Source: Candidatus Methylomirabilales bacterium (lineage in GTDB: Bacteria > Methylomirabilota > Methylomirabilia > Methylomirabilales > 2-02-FULL-66-22). From it: a stretch of DNA of 39,499 bases. The first letter of the stretch is position 1. Each line of letters begins with the position of its first letter. The stretch lies in NCBI GenBank assembly GCA_044451055.1, contig JBIOJT010000002.1, positions 1 to 39,499 of the forward strand. The letters run 5' to 3'. The translations under genes were made by a program, and so were the position numbers. The notes beneath the pieces were generated by a model. That model did no database searches, was not told the origin of the DNA, and saw only the letters and a list, made by a program, of their open reading frames with translations. This document shows positions 9,877-19,474 of this stretch, one piece after another.

Positions 9877-10106
9877 CGATCCTGACTCCTCCTCCTCCTC
9901 GGAGACCCTCTGCCGCGCCGGCTCCATTCGTTCATTCTCCTTACGCGGGACACCCAAAAGACTGTCTAGGCGTTGGCCGTCTCTGTGGGCACAAGAGCCG
10001 CGAGATTCCCCTTGCCAATGGCCCGTCGGTCATCTACCGTACAATCTCCCGGAGGTGATCCATACCCGAGGGATGGCTGCAACGACAGTTCACTCGCTTC
10101 CCGCTG

Positions 10107-10778
10107 GTGCTCCCCCTCCAACACCGGGTGCCGGGCCACCCGCTCTCCGGGGCCGCCGTGGGATGGACCCACAACCTGAGCGGAGGGGGGGCCTGTCTGG
10201 AGCTGGCAGAGCCCCTCCAACCCCAACTCTCCCTCGGCCTCCGGCTGCAGACCTCTGGTGGCCCAATCGAGGCGGAGGCCCGGGTCGTCTGGACTCGGAA
10301 CCCGCGGCCCGCCGAGGGCGGCAGCCTGCATGGGATCGCCTTCACCCAGCTTGCCCCGGACCACCTCGAGGTTCTGCGTCGTCTGCTCCTTTCCCTGCAG
10401 CCGTGGCGGCGTACCCAGGTGCGCTTCCCCGTCGATCTCGCCGTGATCTGTCAGCCACAGCGGCCGCCCGGGCCCCTCTACTCGAGCCGGGTGAGCGACA
10501 TCAGCCGAGGCGGGCTCGCGCTCCGCCTCCCCGAGGTGCTGCTTCCGTTCACGGCCTTGGACGTCACCCTGCCTACACCCGCCGGACGGCTCTCGCTGGC
10601 GGGGGAGATCGCCTGGGTGGATCGCCCAGAGGGGCGGAGGCGAGGGAGGCTGATCCGGCACGGCATGCGCTTCGCTCGCCTGGACTGGTCCACCGCACTG
10701 GTTCTGGCGCGCCTCCTGGCGGAGGCGCTGAACAGTCCGCAGCTTTCCTCCCCAGAGGTCCGCACAACGCCCCGCTGA
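10107..10778 (+). CDS. tandem (di-)PilZ domain protein, paralog 2 (start uncertain; the homologous sequence begins at about 10059)
   Basis: About 45% identical by eye to paralog 1. NLSGGG...LHGIAF, then RRTQVRFPV...DISRGG...RHGMRF. The first canonical in-frame start is GTG 10107, but the RQFTR (RxxxR) motif is encoded upstream at 10083-10097. Confidence 0.72.
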   Translation: MLPLQHRVPGHPLSGAAVGWTHNLSGGGACLELAEPLQPQLSLGLRLQTSGGPIEAEARVVWTRNPRPAEGGSLHGIAFTQLAPDHLEVLRRLLLSLQPWRRTQVRFPVDLAVICQPQRPPGPLYSSRVSDISRGGLALRLPEVLLPFTALDVTLPTPAGRLSLAGEIAWVDRPEGRRRGRLIRHGMRFARLDWSTALVLARLLAEALNSPQLSSPEVRTTPR

Positions 10779-11243
10779 CCCGTCTGGCCCCGTCCCCCTC
10801 ACCTCTCGTCAGTGACCTCCACAGGTGGGCTGATCTGCAATCCCTGACCAGCTCAGGAGGCTCCGGATTCCCCTCGTGGGAGTGCACTTCTGTGGGCCAG
10901 GCTCCACGATCTTCCAGGGGTGGTTACCAGGGTAGCCATGCACTGCCTGGCTCCCCCGAGAGTGATCGTCTTCCCTGCGGTCTGCGCCACAAGCAGGGTG
11001 GGGCTTGCTAGTGTGACGATGAACGCACCCGGGGACGAGGCATTCGGCTCGCCATCGGAGGCGACCCCCCCAGCGAGTCGGATGCTCGAGCGCGCCCCAC
11101 CGCATCTCGCGCATTCGACTGATCTCACCCTTCGCTTTCCAGTGGCGCGGGGGGGTTGCGTCGCTCCGCATCACGGTGCTATGGCATGCCACCCTCGTCC
11201 CTCTAACTCCGCGCCACTCTGGGTGTCTCTCGCGATGTTTCCG

Positions 11244-11273
11244 TTGACACCTTTTCGTGGCCAGCAGTATACT
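11244..11273 (+). promoter_or_regulatory. sigma70-like promoter upstream of glpX
   Basis: TTGACA (11244-11249), 18 nt spacer, TATACT (11268-11273), about 90 nt upstream of the glpX start. Confidence 0.4.
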
Positions 11274-11362
11274 GCAACACCTGTGGGGCGGCCGGATCTC
11301 CGCCGAGGTGGTCCGCGTCGCTTTTTTGCTCTGGGCAGGACCCTAACGATGGAGGGAAAGGC

Positions 11363-12319
11363 GTGGAACGGAATCTGGCCTTGGAGGTGGTCCGGGTGAC
11401 CGAGGCGGCCGCGCTGTCCTCCGCCAGGTGGATGGGATTAGGGAACGAGAAGGCGGTCCGGCAGGCCGCGGTAGATGCCATGCGGCGAGCCCTGGACGCG
11501 GTGCCGTTCTGCGGAACCGTGGTGATCGGCGAGGGCGAGCGGGACGAGGCGCCGATGCTTTTCGTCGGGGAACGAATCGGCAGCGGCGACGGCCCAGAAC
11601 TGGACGTGGCCCTGGATCCCCTGGAGGGAACGAGCATCGTGGCCCAGGGCCGGGCTAACGCCATGGCCGTGGTGGCCATCACCGAGAAGGGTGGCTTTCT
11701 CCAAGTCCCCGATACATACATGGAGAAGATCGCCGTGGGCCGCAAGGCCAAGGGCGCCGTGGACTTGAGCCTGAGCCCCGAGCAGAACCTCCAGAACATC
11801 GCCGACGCCATGAAGTGTTACGTGGAGGACCTCACCGTGGTGATCCTGGACCGACCGCGGCATGCGGAGCTGATCCGTTCGGTTCGCGAGGTGGGGGCGC
11901 GCATCAAGCTGATCCAGGACGGGGATGTTTCCGCCGCGATCGCCACTGGGTTCCCGGACACGGGCGTGGATGTCCTCACGGGGACCGGCGGTGCGGCCGA
12001 AGGGGTGCTGGCCGCCGCGGCGCTCCAATGCCTGGGCGGGGACATGCAGGGGCGCCTGAGGCCGCGCAACGACCAGGAGGTCGAGCGCGCGCGGCGGATA
12101 GGGATCAAGGACATGAACCGGGTCTATCGCATCGGAGACCTCGCCAGGGGTGCCGATGTCATGTTCGCGGCCACCGGGGTGACCGACGGTGATCTGCTCC
12201 GGGGCGTCCGATTCTTCGGTGGCGGGGCGCGAACGCACTCCGTGGTCACGCGGTATCGGTCGGGGACTGTCCGGTTCATCGAGGCCACGCACCGGTTCGA
12301 CCGCAGGCCGGAGTACTAG
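11363..12319 (+). CDS. glpX: fructose-1,6-bisphosphatase class II
   Basis: 318 aa, GTG start. LALEVVRVTEAAALSSARWMGLGNEKA..., DPLEGT and GGAAEGVLAAAAL are typical GlpX sequence. Confidence 0.93.
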   Translation: MERNLALEVVRVTEAAALSSARWMGLGNEKAVRQAAVDAMRRALDAVPFCGTVVIGEGERDEAPMLFVGERIGSGDGPELDVALDPLEGTSIVAQGRANAMAVVAITEKGGFLQVPDTYMEKIAVGRKAKGAVDLSLSPEQNLQNIADAMKCYVEDLTVVILDRPRHAELIRSVREVGARIKLIQDGDVSAAIATGFPDTGVDVLTGTGGAAEGVLAAAALQCLGGDMQGRLRPRNDQEVERARRIGIKDMNRVYRIGDLARGADVMFAATGVTDGDLLRGVRFFGGGARTHSVVTRYRSGTVRFIEATHRFDRRPEY

Positions 12320-12398
12320 ACGATTTTGGATTTTGGAATGCGGATTTGACAATTCGAAATCCGGGGTTCGCCATTCGAAATATGAGAGGTGTTGGCAG

Positions 12399-13670
12399 GT
12401 GATCAAGGGTGTCAGGGGAGCTCCGGATATCCTTCCCGAGGACTCGGGAAAATGGCAGGCGCTGGAGGCCGTGGCCCGAGACGTGCTCGACCGATACGGC
12501 TACGCCGAGATTCGAACCCCGGCGTTTGAGCGCACCGAACTCTTCGTCCGCGGGATCGGAGAAGGGACGGACATCGTCGAGAAGGAGATGTACACGTTCG
12601 AGGATCGGGGCGGAGAAAGTCTCACCCTCCGGCCCGAGGCCACCGCGTCTCTCATGCGGGCCTACGTGGAGCACAACCTGGGCGCCAAGAGCAGCCTGGT
12701 GAAGTTCTATCTCATTGGGCCCATGTTCCGCCACGAACGGCCCCAATCCGGCCGGTTTCGCCAATTCCACCAGATCGACGTAGAAGCCGTCGGGTCCCCG
12801 GGCCCGGCCGTGGACGCCGAGGTGGTGGCCCTGCTCCACCACCTGCTGGAGGCCTGGGGGCTGCAAGGCATCCTGTTGCACCTCAACAGCATCGGCGATC
12901 CGGTGTGCCGGCCGGCGTACCGGCAGTCGTTCGTGGCCTATGCGCAGGCCCACCGGGCAGCCCTGTGCCCGGACTGCCACGTCCGGCTGGAGAAGAATCC
13001 CCTGCGGATCCTGGACTGCAAGGTGCCGGGGTGCCAGCAGATCGCGGCCGGCGCCCCCACGATCTCGGCATACCTGTGTGCGCCCTGCCGCGAGCATTTC
13101 GCGACCGTGCGCAGCTTGCTGGACGGGCTGAAGATCGGTCACACGGTGAACGACCGCCTGGTGCGAGGGCTCGACTACTACACCCGGACCACCTTCGAGT
13201 TCCTGAACCCGGCGTTGGGTTCTCAGAATGCCGTGGCGGGAGGCGGCCGCTACGACGGCCTGGTGGAAGAACTCGGGGGGCCAGCCACGCCCGCCATCGG
13301 CTTCGCCATCGGTGAGGAGCGGATCCTCGCCTCGCTGGCAGCGCAGCAGACCCCGCAGGAGGCGCCGACTTATACCGGTGTGTATGTGGCCACGGCCGGG
13401 ACGGAGGCCTTTCCCGCAGCCTTCGATCTCGTCCAGACGCTCCGGAAGCGTGGGCTGCGGGCCGCCGTGGACCTCGAGGCGCGAAGCCTGAAGGGCCAGC
13501 TGCGGCAGGCCAACAAGGATCGGTGCCGCTACTCAGTGATCCTCGGCAGCGACGAGCTCGCCCGGGGGGAGGCGACCCTGAAGGACATGGTCTCCGGTGA
13601 ACAGCGGGCGATCCCCCTCGGAGAGGTGGTGGATCGCCTGACCAGATTGCCCGACCGAGAGTACGCCTGA
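12399..13670 (+). CDS. hisS: histidine--tRNA ligase
   Basis: [23 protein letters not shown]..., [29 protein letters not shown] 12399 follows GAGAGG. The longer track ORF (from 12189) overlaps glpX and was rejected. Confidence 0.92.
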   Translation: MIKGVRGAPDILPEDSGKWQALEAVARDVLDRYGYAEIRTPAFERTELFVRGIGEGTDIVEKEMYTFEDRGGESLTLRPEATASLMRAYVEHNLGAKSSLVKFYLIGPMFRHERPQSGRFRQFHQIDVEAVGSPGPAVDAEVVALLHHLLEAWGLQGILLHLNSIGDPVCRPAYRQSFVAYAQAHRAALCPDCHVRLEKNPLRILDCKVPGCQQIAAGAPTISAYLCAPCREHFATVRSLLDGLKIGHTVNDRLVRGLDYYTRTTFEFLNPALGSQNAVAGGGRYDGLVEELGGPATPAIGFAIGEERILASLAAQQTPQEAPTYTGVYVATAGTEAFPAAFDLVQTLRKRGLRAAVDLEARSLKGQLRQANKDRCRYSVILGSDELARGEATLKDMVSGEQRAIPLGEVVDRLTRLPDREYA

Positions 13671-15439
13671 TGAAGGATTGGGCGCGAAGCCTGTATTGCG
13701 GTGAGCTGCGGGCCGCCCACGCCGGTCGGGTGGTCACCCTCAACGGCTGGGTGGACCGCCGCCGGGACCTCGGAGGACTCATCTTCGTGCACCTCCGCGA
13801 CCGGGAGGGCATCGCGCAGGTCGTCTTCAATCCCGAACGATTTGCCACCGCCTACGAGACTGCCAAGGCCATGCGCTCGGAGTACGTAGTGGCCGTCCGC
13901 GGCGAGGTCTGCCGCCGCCCGCCAGGTGCCGAGAATACGGATCTCGCCACAGGCGAGGTGGAGGTGGTGGCGCATGAGGCGGTCATCCTCAACGACGCCA
14001 AGACGCCCGTCTTTCCGATCGAAGACGAGACCGACGTCGGCGAGGACCTCCGCCTGACCTACCGGTACCTGGATTTGCGACGGGCGCCGCTGCAGCGGAA
14101 CCTGCGGTTGCGGCATCGATTCTACCAGGTGACACGCCGCTACCTGGACTCTCAGGGGTTCATCGAAGTGGAGACCCCCGTCCTCACTAAGAGCACGCCC
14201 GAAGGGGCTCGCGACTACCTCGTGCCGAGCCGGGTCAACCCGGGCGAGTTCTTTGCGCTGCCCCAGTCCCCACAGATCTTCAAGCAGTTGCTCATGATCT
14301 CCGGGTTCGACCGGTACTTTCAGATCGTGAAGTGCTTCCGGGACGAAGACCTTCGCGCCGACCGCCAGCCGGAGTTCACGCAGATCGACATCGAGATGTC
14401 CTTCGTGGATCGAGAGACGGTCCTCGCCACCATGGAGGGGCTGGTTGTCGAGATCTTCAAGGAGATCAAGGGGCTGGATCTTCCCCGACCCTTCCCGCGC
14501 CTCATCTACGCTGATGCGATCCGACGGTTCGGCCTGGATGCGCCGGATACCCGATTCGGCCTGGAACTCCAGGACGTGGGTGACCTCTTCGCCGGGACCT
14601 CGTTCCGCGCCTTTGCTCAGCCGCTCGAGGCCGGGGGGCGGGCCATGGCCCTGAATGCCAAGGGGTGTGGCGACTATCCCCGGAGCCAGCTCGATCAGCT
14701 CGAGGACTTCGCCAAGGGATTCGGCGCGAAGGGGCTCGCCTGGTTCAAGATCGGCCCCGACGGCATCCAGTCGCCCATCGCCAAGTTCCTGGGACCGGAC
14801 GTCCTGCAGCGCTTCCGCGAGCGGATGGGAGGGGAGGAGGGCGATTTGGTGCTCCTCTGCGTGGATCGGTCCAAGCCCGCCGCCGACGCCATGGGGCGGC
14901 TCCGCCTGCGCTTCGGCCAGGAACTCAAGCTGATCGATCCCGAGGCGCTGGCCATCACCTGGGTCACCCACTTCCCGTTGCTGGAGTGGGACGAGCGGGA
15001 GAAGCGCTGGTCGGCCATGCACCATCCGTTCACGTCCCCCGTGGACGAAGACCTTCCACTGTTCGACACCGATCCGGGGAAGATCCGCGCCAAGGCCTAC
15101 GACTTGGTGCTGAACGGGGCCGAGGTCGGCGGGGGCAGCATCCGGATCCACCGGCGGGAGGTCCAGAACAGGATGTTCCAGGCCCTGGGGATCGACCCGG
15201 AGGAGGCGCGGGCGCGGTTCGGCTTCCTCCTCGACGCCTTGGAGTACGGGACGCCGCCTCACGGCGGGATCGCCTTTGGCCTGGATCGACTGGTGATGAT
15301 CCTGACGGGAGCGCAGTCCATCCGCGATGTCATCGCCTTCCCCAAGACGCAGCGGGCGCAGGACCTCATGAGCCAGGCCCCGTCACCGGTGGACCCGTCC
15401 CAACTGGGCGAACTCCACATCAAGCTGGACCTCGCCTGA
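13670..15439 (+). CDS. aspS: aspartate--tRNA ligase
   Basis: 589 aa. [64 protein letters not shown] overlap with the hisS stop. Confidence 0.95.
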   Translation: MKDWARSLYCGELRAAHAGRVVTLNGWVDRRRDLGGLIFVHLRDREGIAQVVFNPERFATAYETAKAMRSEYVVAVRGEVCRRPPGAENTDLATGEVEVVAHEAVILNDAKTPVFPIEDETDVGEDLRLTYRYLDLRRAPLQRNLRLRHRFYQVTRRYLDSQGFIEVETPVLTKSTPEGARDYLVPSRVNPGEFFALPQSPQIFKQLLMISGFDRYFQIVKCFRDEDLRADRQPEFTQIDIEMSFVDRETVLATMEGLVVEIFKEIKGLDLPRPFPRLIYADAIRRFGLDAPDTRFGLELQDVGDLFAGTSFRAFAQPLEAGGRAMALNAKGCGDYPRSQLDQLEDFAKGFGAKGLAWFKIGPDGIQSPIAKFLGPDVLQRFRERMGGEEGDLVLLCVDRSKPAADAMGRLRLRFGQELKLIDPEALAITWVTHFPLLEWDEREKRWSAMHHPFTSPVDEDLPLFDTDPGKIRAKAYDLVLNGAEVGGGSIRIHRREVQNRMFQALGIDPEEARARFGFLLDALEYGTPPHGGIAFGLDRLVMILTGAQSIRDVIAFPKTQRAQDLMSQAPSPVDPSQLGELHIKLDLA

Positions 15440-15515
15440 CCCCTACATTTGACGAACACAAAATGCCCGTCCCGGTTCGTGGCCAGACATCACTATGGTA
15501 TTCCTGGCCCTGCGG

Positions 15516-16403
15516 TCAGGCGCGGGGATGATGCTTGTCGTAGATGGCCTTCAGGTGGGCGCGGCTCAGGTGGGTGTAGATCTGCGTGGTGCCGATGTCG
15601 GCGTGGCCGAGCATCATCTGGACCGAGCGGAGGTCCGCCCCTCGCTCCAGCAGGTGTGTGGCAAAGGAGTGCCGCAGGGTGTGGGGCGTCACCCGCTTCG
15701 TGATCCCGGCGGCCCCGACGTACCGCTTCAAGAGCCGCCAGAACATCTGGCGCGTCAGCCCGCGGCCGTGCCGCGCGAGGAACAGGTGCGGACTGGCGCG
15801 GCGCTTCTCCAGGCGTGGTCGCCCGTGAGTGAGATAGTCGCGCAGGCTCGTCACCGCGGCCTCCCCCAGTGGCACCAATCGTTCCTTATCCCCTTTCCCC
15901 AGGACATGGACGATCCCGACCGTCAGGTCGAGATCGGCCAGTCGCAGGCCCACCAGCTCTGACACGCGCAGGCCGGACGCATACAACACTTCCAACATGG
16001 CCCGATCCCGAAGTGCCTGCGGGCTCGTCGCCTCGCGCGGCGCCAACAGTCGTCTTACCTCCTCGCCGCTCAGGACCGTGGGGAGCCGGCGCCAGGGGCG
16101 AGGTGACTCCAGGTGGGCCGTCGGGTCATCGGTCGCATGGCCCTCGCGCACCAGGAAACGATGAAACTGCCGAATGGCGGACAGGTGACGGGCGACGGAG
16201 CGGGGGCTCAATCCCGCTTCGCGCAGGGCCAGAAGGTATCGCGGCACCTCGGCCCGATCCAGGGCGGTGACCTGCTTTCGCCGTCCTTTCAGAAAGCTCA
16301 CGTACCGCGACAGGTCGCGCCGGTAGGCCTCCAGGCTGTTCTGAGCCAGCCCGCGTTCTACCACCAGATGTTCGAGGAAGCGGTCGACGTGCGATTCCAT
16401 CAT
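15516..16403 (-). CDS. xerD: site-specific tyrosine recombinase XerD-like
   Basis: 295 aa. FLEHLVVERGLAQNSLEAYRRDLSRY, GLRVSELVGLRLADLD, HTLRHSFATHLLERGADLRSVQMMLGHADIGTTQIYTH (R..HxxR..Y catalytic pattern). Confidence 0.87.
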   Translation of the reverse strand: MMESHVDRFLEHLVVERGLAQNSLEAYRRDLSRYVSFLKGRRKQVTALDRAEVPRYLLALREAGLSPRSVARHLSAIRQFHRFLVREGHATDDPTAHLESPRPWRRLPTVLSGEEVRRLLAPREATSPQALRDRAMLEVLYASGLRVSELVGLRLADLDLTVGIVHVLGKGDKERLVPLGEAAVTSLRDYLTHGRPRLEKRRASPHLFLARHGRGLTRQMFWRLLKRYVGAAGITKRVTPHTLRHSFATHLLERGADLRSVQMMLGHADIGTTQIYTHLSRAHLKAIYDKHHPRA

Positions 16404-17596
16404 GTCCGGGCTTCCTGGGGGCTGGCGGCCCGGGCTCGAGCCGGCACGGCCTCGTAGGATCGGACCACCTCTTCGTACAGATCGAGCAGTCTGGCAGCGC
16501 AGGCGTCCGGAGTATACCGGGCCGCAATCCGCCGGCCCGCCTCAGCCATGGCCCGCCTTCGCTCCGGCTCATCCCACAGTTCCACTGCGCCCCCTGCAAA
16601 CGCCACCGGTTCCTCGGCGCTGACGATGCCAGCCTGGCCATCAGCCAGCAGATCCGCGGCCGCGTCCGAGGTCACTGCCACTACCGGTAGACCGGCGGCG
16701 AGGGCCTCCAGCACCACGATCCCCTGGGTTTCGGAGGTCGACGGGAACAGAAACAAGTCGGCCGCCCGGTAGTAGTCGCCCACCGCCTCGTGAGGAACAC
16801 CGCCCACGAACCGAACGCGACCTCTGATGCCCAAGGTGTGCGCGAGCCGTTCGAGGCGCGGACGGTCGTCACCCTCCCCCACGAGAACCAGGCGAGCAGT
16901 CGGGAGGTCCCGGAGGATGCGGGCGAATGCCGACAGCAAGAACGCTTGGTTCTTCTCCTTTGCCAGACGACCGACACCGAGGCACAGTGGGCTTCCATCG
17001 TCGAGGCCGAGGGCCTGGCGACACGCCATCCGACCCGGTTCCGCAACATTCACGCCGAGGGGCACGCCCGTGGGGACGATGGCGATCCGGGTCTTTACCC
17101 CCTGGGCGCGGAGGGTGCGAACCACGGCGGGCCCGGGTACCACCACCAGGTCGGCGCGGTCGGCGAAGGCGGCGGCCTGCCGGATTGCCAGCCGGGCCAC
17201 CAGGCGCGAGGGGCCGGGAACATAGTGGGCGTAGCGGTCGTAGTGGGTGTGATAGGTGAAGACCAGCGGCCTCTTCGCCCGACGGGCCCAGTGGTCCGCC
17301 GCGCGTCCCAGGAGCAGTGGATGCTGGGCGTGAAATACATCCAACTCGAGATCCGCCACCGCCCTCGCTACACCCGGCCACCATGCCATGGGCAGGACGT
17401 AGGCGTGATGGGTAGGGGCACGGACCCCCCGCACCCGGAGCACGCCCTCCTCGCAGTCGGGCACGCCCGGGTATCGTGGGGCCACGACGGTCACTGCATG
17501 GCCCGCCCGGCGGAATGCCTGAGCAAACGTTTCCACCGAGGTCGCCAGGCCATTGGCCAACGGGCGATAGTTATTCGTGAAGAGCCCGATCTTCAT
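16400..17596 (-). CDS. glycosyltransferase family 4 (GT-B, RfaG-like)
   Basis: 398 aa. MKIGLFTNNYRPLANGLATSVE..., C-terminal FLFPSTSETQGIVVLEALAAGLPVV (E-x7-E region). Its stop overlaps the xerD start (ATGA). Confidence 0.88.
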   Translation of the reverse strand: MKIGLFTNNYRPLANGLATSVETFAQAFRRAGHAVTVVAPRYPGVPDCEEGVLRVRGVRAPTHHAYVLPMAWWPGVARAVADLELDVFHAQHPLLLGRAADHWARRAKRPLVFTYHTHYDRYAHYVPGPSRLVARLAIRQAAAFADRADLVVVPGPAVVRTLRAQGVKTRIAIVPTGVPLGVNVAEPGRMACRQALGLDDGSPLCLGVGRLAKEKNQAFLLSAFARILRDLPTARLVLVGEGDDRPRLERLAHTLGIRGRVRFVGGVPHEAVGDYYRAADLFLFPSTSETQGIVVLEALAAGLPVVAVTSDAAADLLADGQAGIVSAEEPVAFAGGAVELWDEPERRRAMAEAGRRIAARYTPDACAARLLDLYEEVVRSYEAVPARARAASPQEART

Positions 17597-17764
17597 CGTG
17601 GAGAGTTCAGCTATCGGCCAACAGCCGTCGGCAGTGGCGCGCGAAAACTTCGCGTGACACCCAGCACTGGTTGGGCCGTTGCCGGGAAGTCTGAGTGACC
17701 CTCTGGCTGGTCCAAGCCGTATATCCGCTAAGGGCTGACCGCTGAAGCCCGAAGGCTTGCCGGG

Positions 17765-19450
17765 TCATTTCCGGGTGACCGGCGTATGCGTGATGGGCAG
17801 GCCCAGGGCCAGCTTGCCCTGAGTGTACAGCTGGGCCGTGGCCATGAGGAAGTAGTGGTGCAGATTGATGGGCGTGAAGACCAGGCGGAACCACTCCGCG
17901 AACTTGCGCGTTCGGCGCCAGCGCCGCGGCGTCTGGTGGTGGATGATCGGCTTCAGGGTGTGGGGGACTACCACCATGCCGAGAAGCATGGACGAGGTGA
18001 GGACGATGGTCTGGAAGATCAGGTTGAAGGCCGCCATGGGACTCACGCACAGGCTCTTCCCGCCCAGCTTCAGGGCCAGGACGTCCGGCGACAGGAACAC
18101 CGGCACTGGCCAGAGATCGCGCACGCACGGGCTGATCCAGGAGATCAGGATGAGTTGGGCCGGCAAGATGACCGTAAGGGGCGGCATCGCGTTAGCCAAC
18201 AGCGCGCGGAGCGCCAGGAAGGCCTTGCTTTTCAAGAGGGGTAGCCCTGACCCGTGATACTTCCGCTTGTAACGCACAACGAATTTCGCATCCACGGCGC
18301 CCCGCGCCCAGCGGGCGATCTGGCCCCAGGATTCTCGGGTGGTGAGGGGCGCCTGGCCCCAGGTCGGCATCTTCAACGGCGCGACCCGGTAGCCCTCCAT
18401 CACGACCTTGTAGCGGAACTGCATGTCCTCGTTGTGGCGGTTGGGCTCGAAATATTCCACGCCCCGGAACGCCTCGAAGTCCATGCTGGTCCCCGGACCC
18501 AGGACCAGGTAGTCGCCCTTGGTCTGCATCTTCCCCATCTGGTAGAGCACAAAGCCGGTGTTGTGCAGCCGGGGAAGCATGGGGACCTTCCAGTAGTTCG
18601 CGGTGTAGGTCGTCAGGGATTGCAGCACCACACCCCGGACGCCGAGCGCAGCTGCCTGGGCGTCCTCCTCGCGATGCGTCCACTCGCGGAACGCCAGGTC
18701 CTGCGGGTGCAGGATGGTGTCGGCATCGATGATGAGGACCTTGACGCCGCCCGTGGGGACCGAGAAGGTCCCGTCGGCGATGCGTTCTGCCAGATGACGT
18801 CCGGCCGTGGTGATGGAGGTCGCCTTGCACTTCACCGGCAGGCCTTCCGTCGGATAGATGAAGGGTTCGACCCGCATTCGCCGTTCGAAGATCGCGGCGA
18901 CGTCCTCCAGCTTTTCCAGGGTGATGTGATCCTCGGCCTCCACGATGGGGACGAGCGTCACCAACGACTTGGGGTACCGCAGCCGCTCCACCGACAGGAA
19001 CGTCTGGAACAGGACGTGCCGGTTGCTTTCGTTCTTGAGCGGCATGAAGACGACGTAATGGCTGAGCGGGATCCCCTGGGATCGGAGTCGGTCCAGCCAG
19101 TCCACTTCGAGATTCTGGAGGATGGCCTGCCGGGTCTTGTGCGCCCGGACCATGTTCACGATCAGGAAGCCGATCCAGAAAGAGATGAAGGCGAAGCGGA
19201 ACACCTCGGCTGGAAACGGGTCCTTTAGGAGATAGCGGAGGAGAGGGTACACCGAGAGAAGCAAGAGGGTGGTGAGAAACGGTGCGATCTCGAGCAGGCG
19301 ATCGACACCCGGCTGGAGAGCCGATTCATGCAACTTTCGAGAGAAACGCCGGACGAAAAAAAAGGCCCGCCCGAGGTGCTGCAGCTGCGTCGGGCGAGCC
19401 ATGGCGGAAGCGTCCGGGGCGTCCTCTGCCCCGACAGGGATCGCACCCAT
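17765..19450 (-). CDS. membrane-integrated processive family-2 glycosyltransferase (synthase-type)
   Basis: 561 aa. Hydrophobic segments at both ends. VLIIDADTILHP (DxD), NEDMQFRY (ED), GQIARWARG (QxxRW), the motif set of cellulose/PNAG/chitin-synthase-like GT2 enzymes. Confidence 0.8.
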   Translation of the reverse strand: MGAIPVGAEDAPDASAMARPTQLQHLGRAFFFVRRFSRKLHESALQPGVDRLLEIAPFLTTLLLLSVYPLLRYLLKDPFPAEVFRFAFISFWIGFLIVNMVRAHKTRQAILQNLEVDWLDRLRSQGIPLSHYVVFMPLKNESNRHVLFQTFLSVERLRYPKSLVTLVPIVEAEDHITLEKLEDVAAIFERRMRVEPFIYPTEGLPVKCKATSITTAGRHLAERIADGTFSVPTGGVKVLIIDADTILHPQDLAFREWTHREEDAQAAALGVRGVVLQSLTTYTANYWKVPMLPRLHNTGFVLYQMGKMQTKGDYLVLGPGTSMDFEAFRGVEYFEPNRHNEDMQFRYKVVMEGYRVAPLKMPTWGQAPLTTRESWGQIARWARGAVDAKFVVRYKRKYHGSGLPLLKSKAFLALRALLANAMPPLTVILPAQLILISWISPCVRDLWPVPVFLSPDVLALKLGGKSLCVSPMAAFNLIFQTIVLTSSMLLGMVVVPHTLKPIIHHQTPRRWRRTRKFAEWFRLVFTPINLHHYFLMATAQLYTQGKLALGLPITHTPVTRK

Positions 19451-19474
19451 GGCTGAACTCCAAACGTCCCGGGG

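Noticed and set aside
10055-11011. 318-aa ORF starting at GTG 10055 that overlaps the second PilZ gene in another frame
   Set aside because: The product is Pro/Ala/Gly/Arg-rich with no domain pattern, while the alternative frame gives two clean PilZ domains. Only its first few codons are of interest (see the start-codon finding).
12189-12398. N-terminal 70-codon extension of the hisS ORF in the track
   Set aside because: It overlaps the 3' end of glpX and the AT-rich spacer. HisS homology begins at GTG 12399, which has an SD-like GAGAGG upstream.
12504-12524. GGGGTTCGAATCTC-like string (minus strand) resembling a tRNA T-arm
   Set aside because: The flanking bases do not form a T-stem or any other cloverleaf arm, and the string lies inside conserved hisS coding sequence (AEIRTPAFE).
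13529-15262. 577-aa minus-strand ORF
   Set aside because: It is antisense to aspS, whose identity is certain. Composition is low-complexity (R/P/G/L/E-rich).
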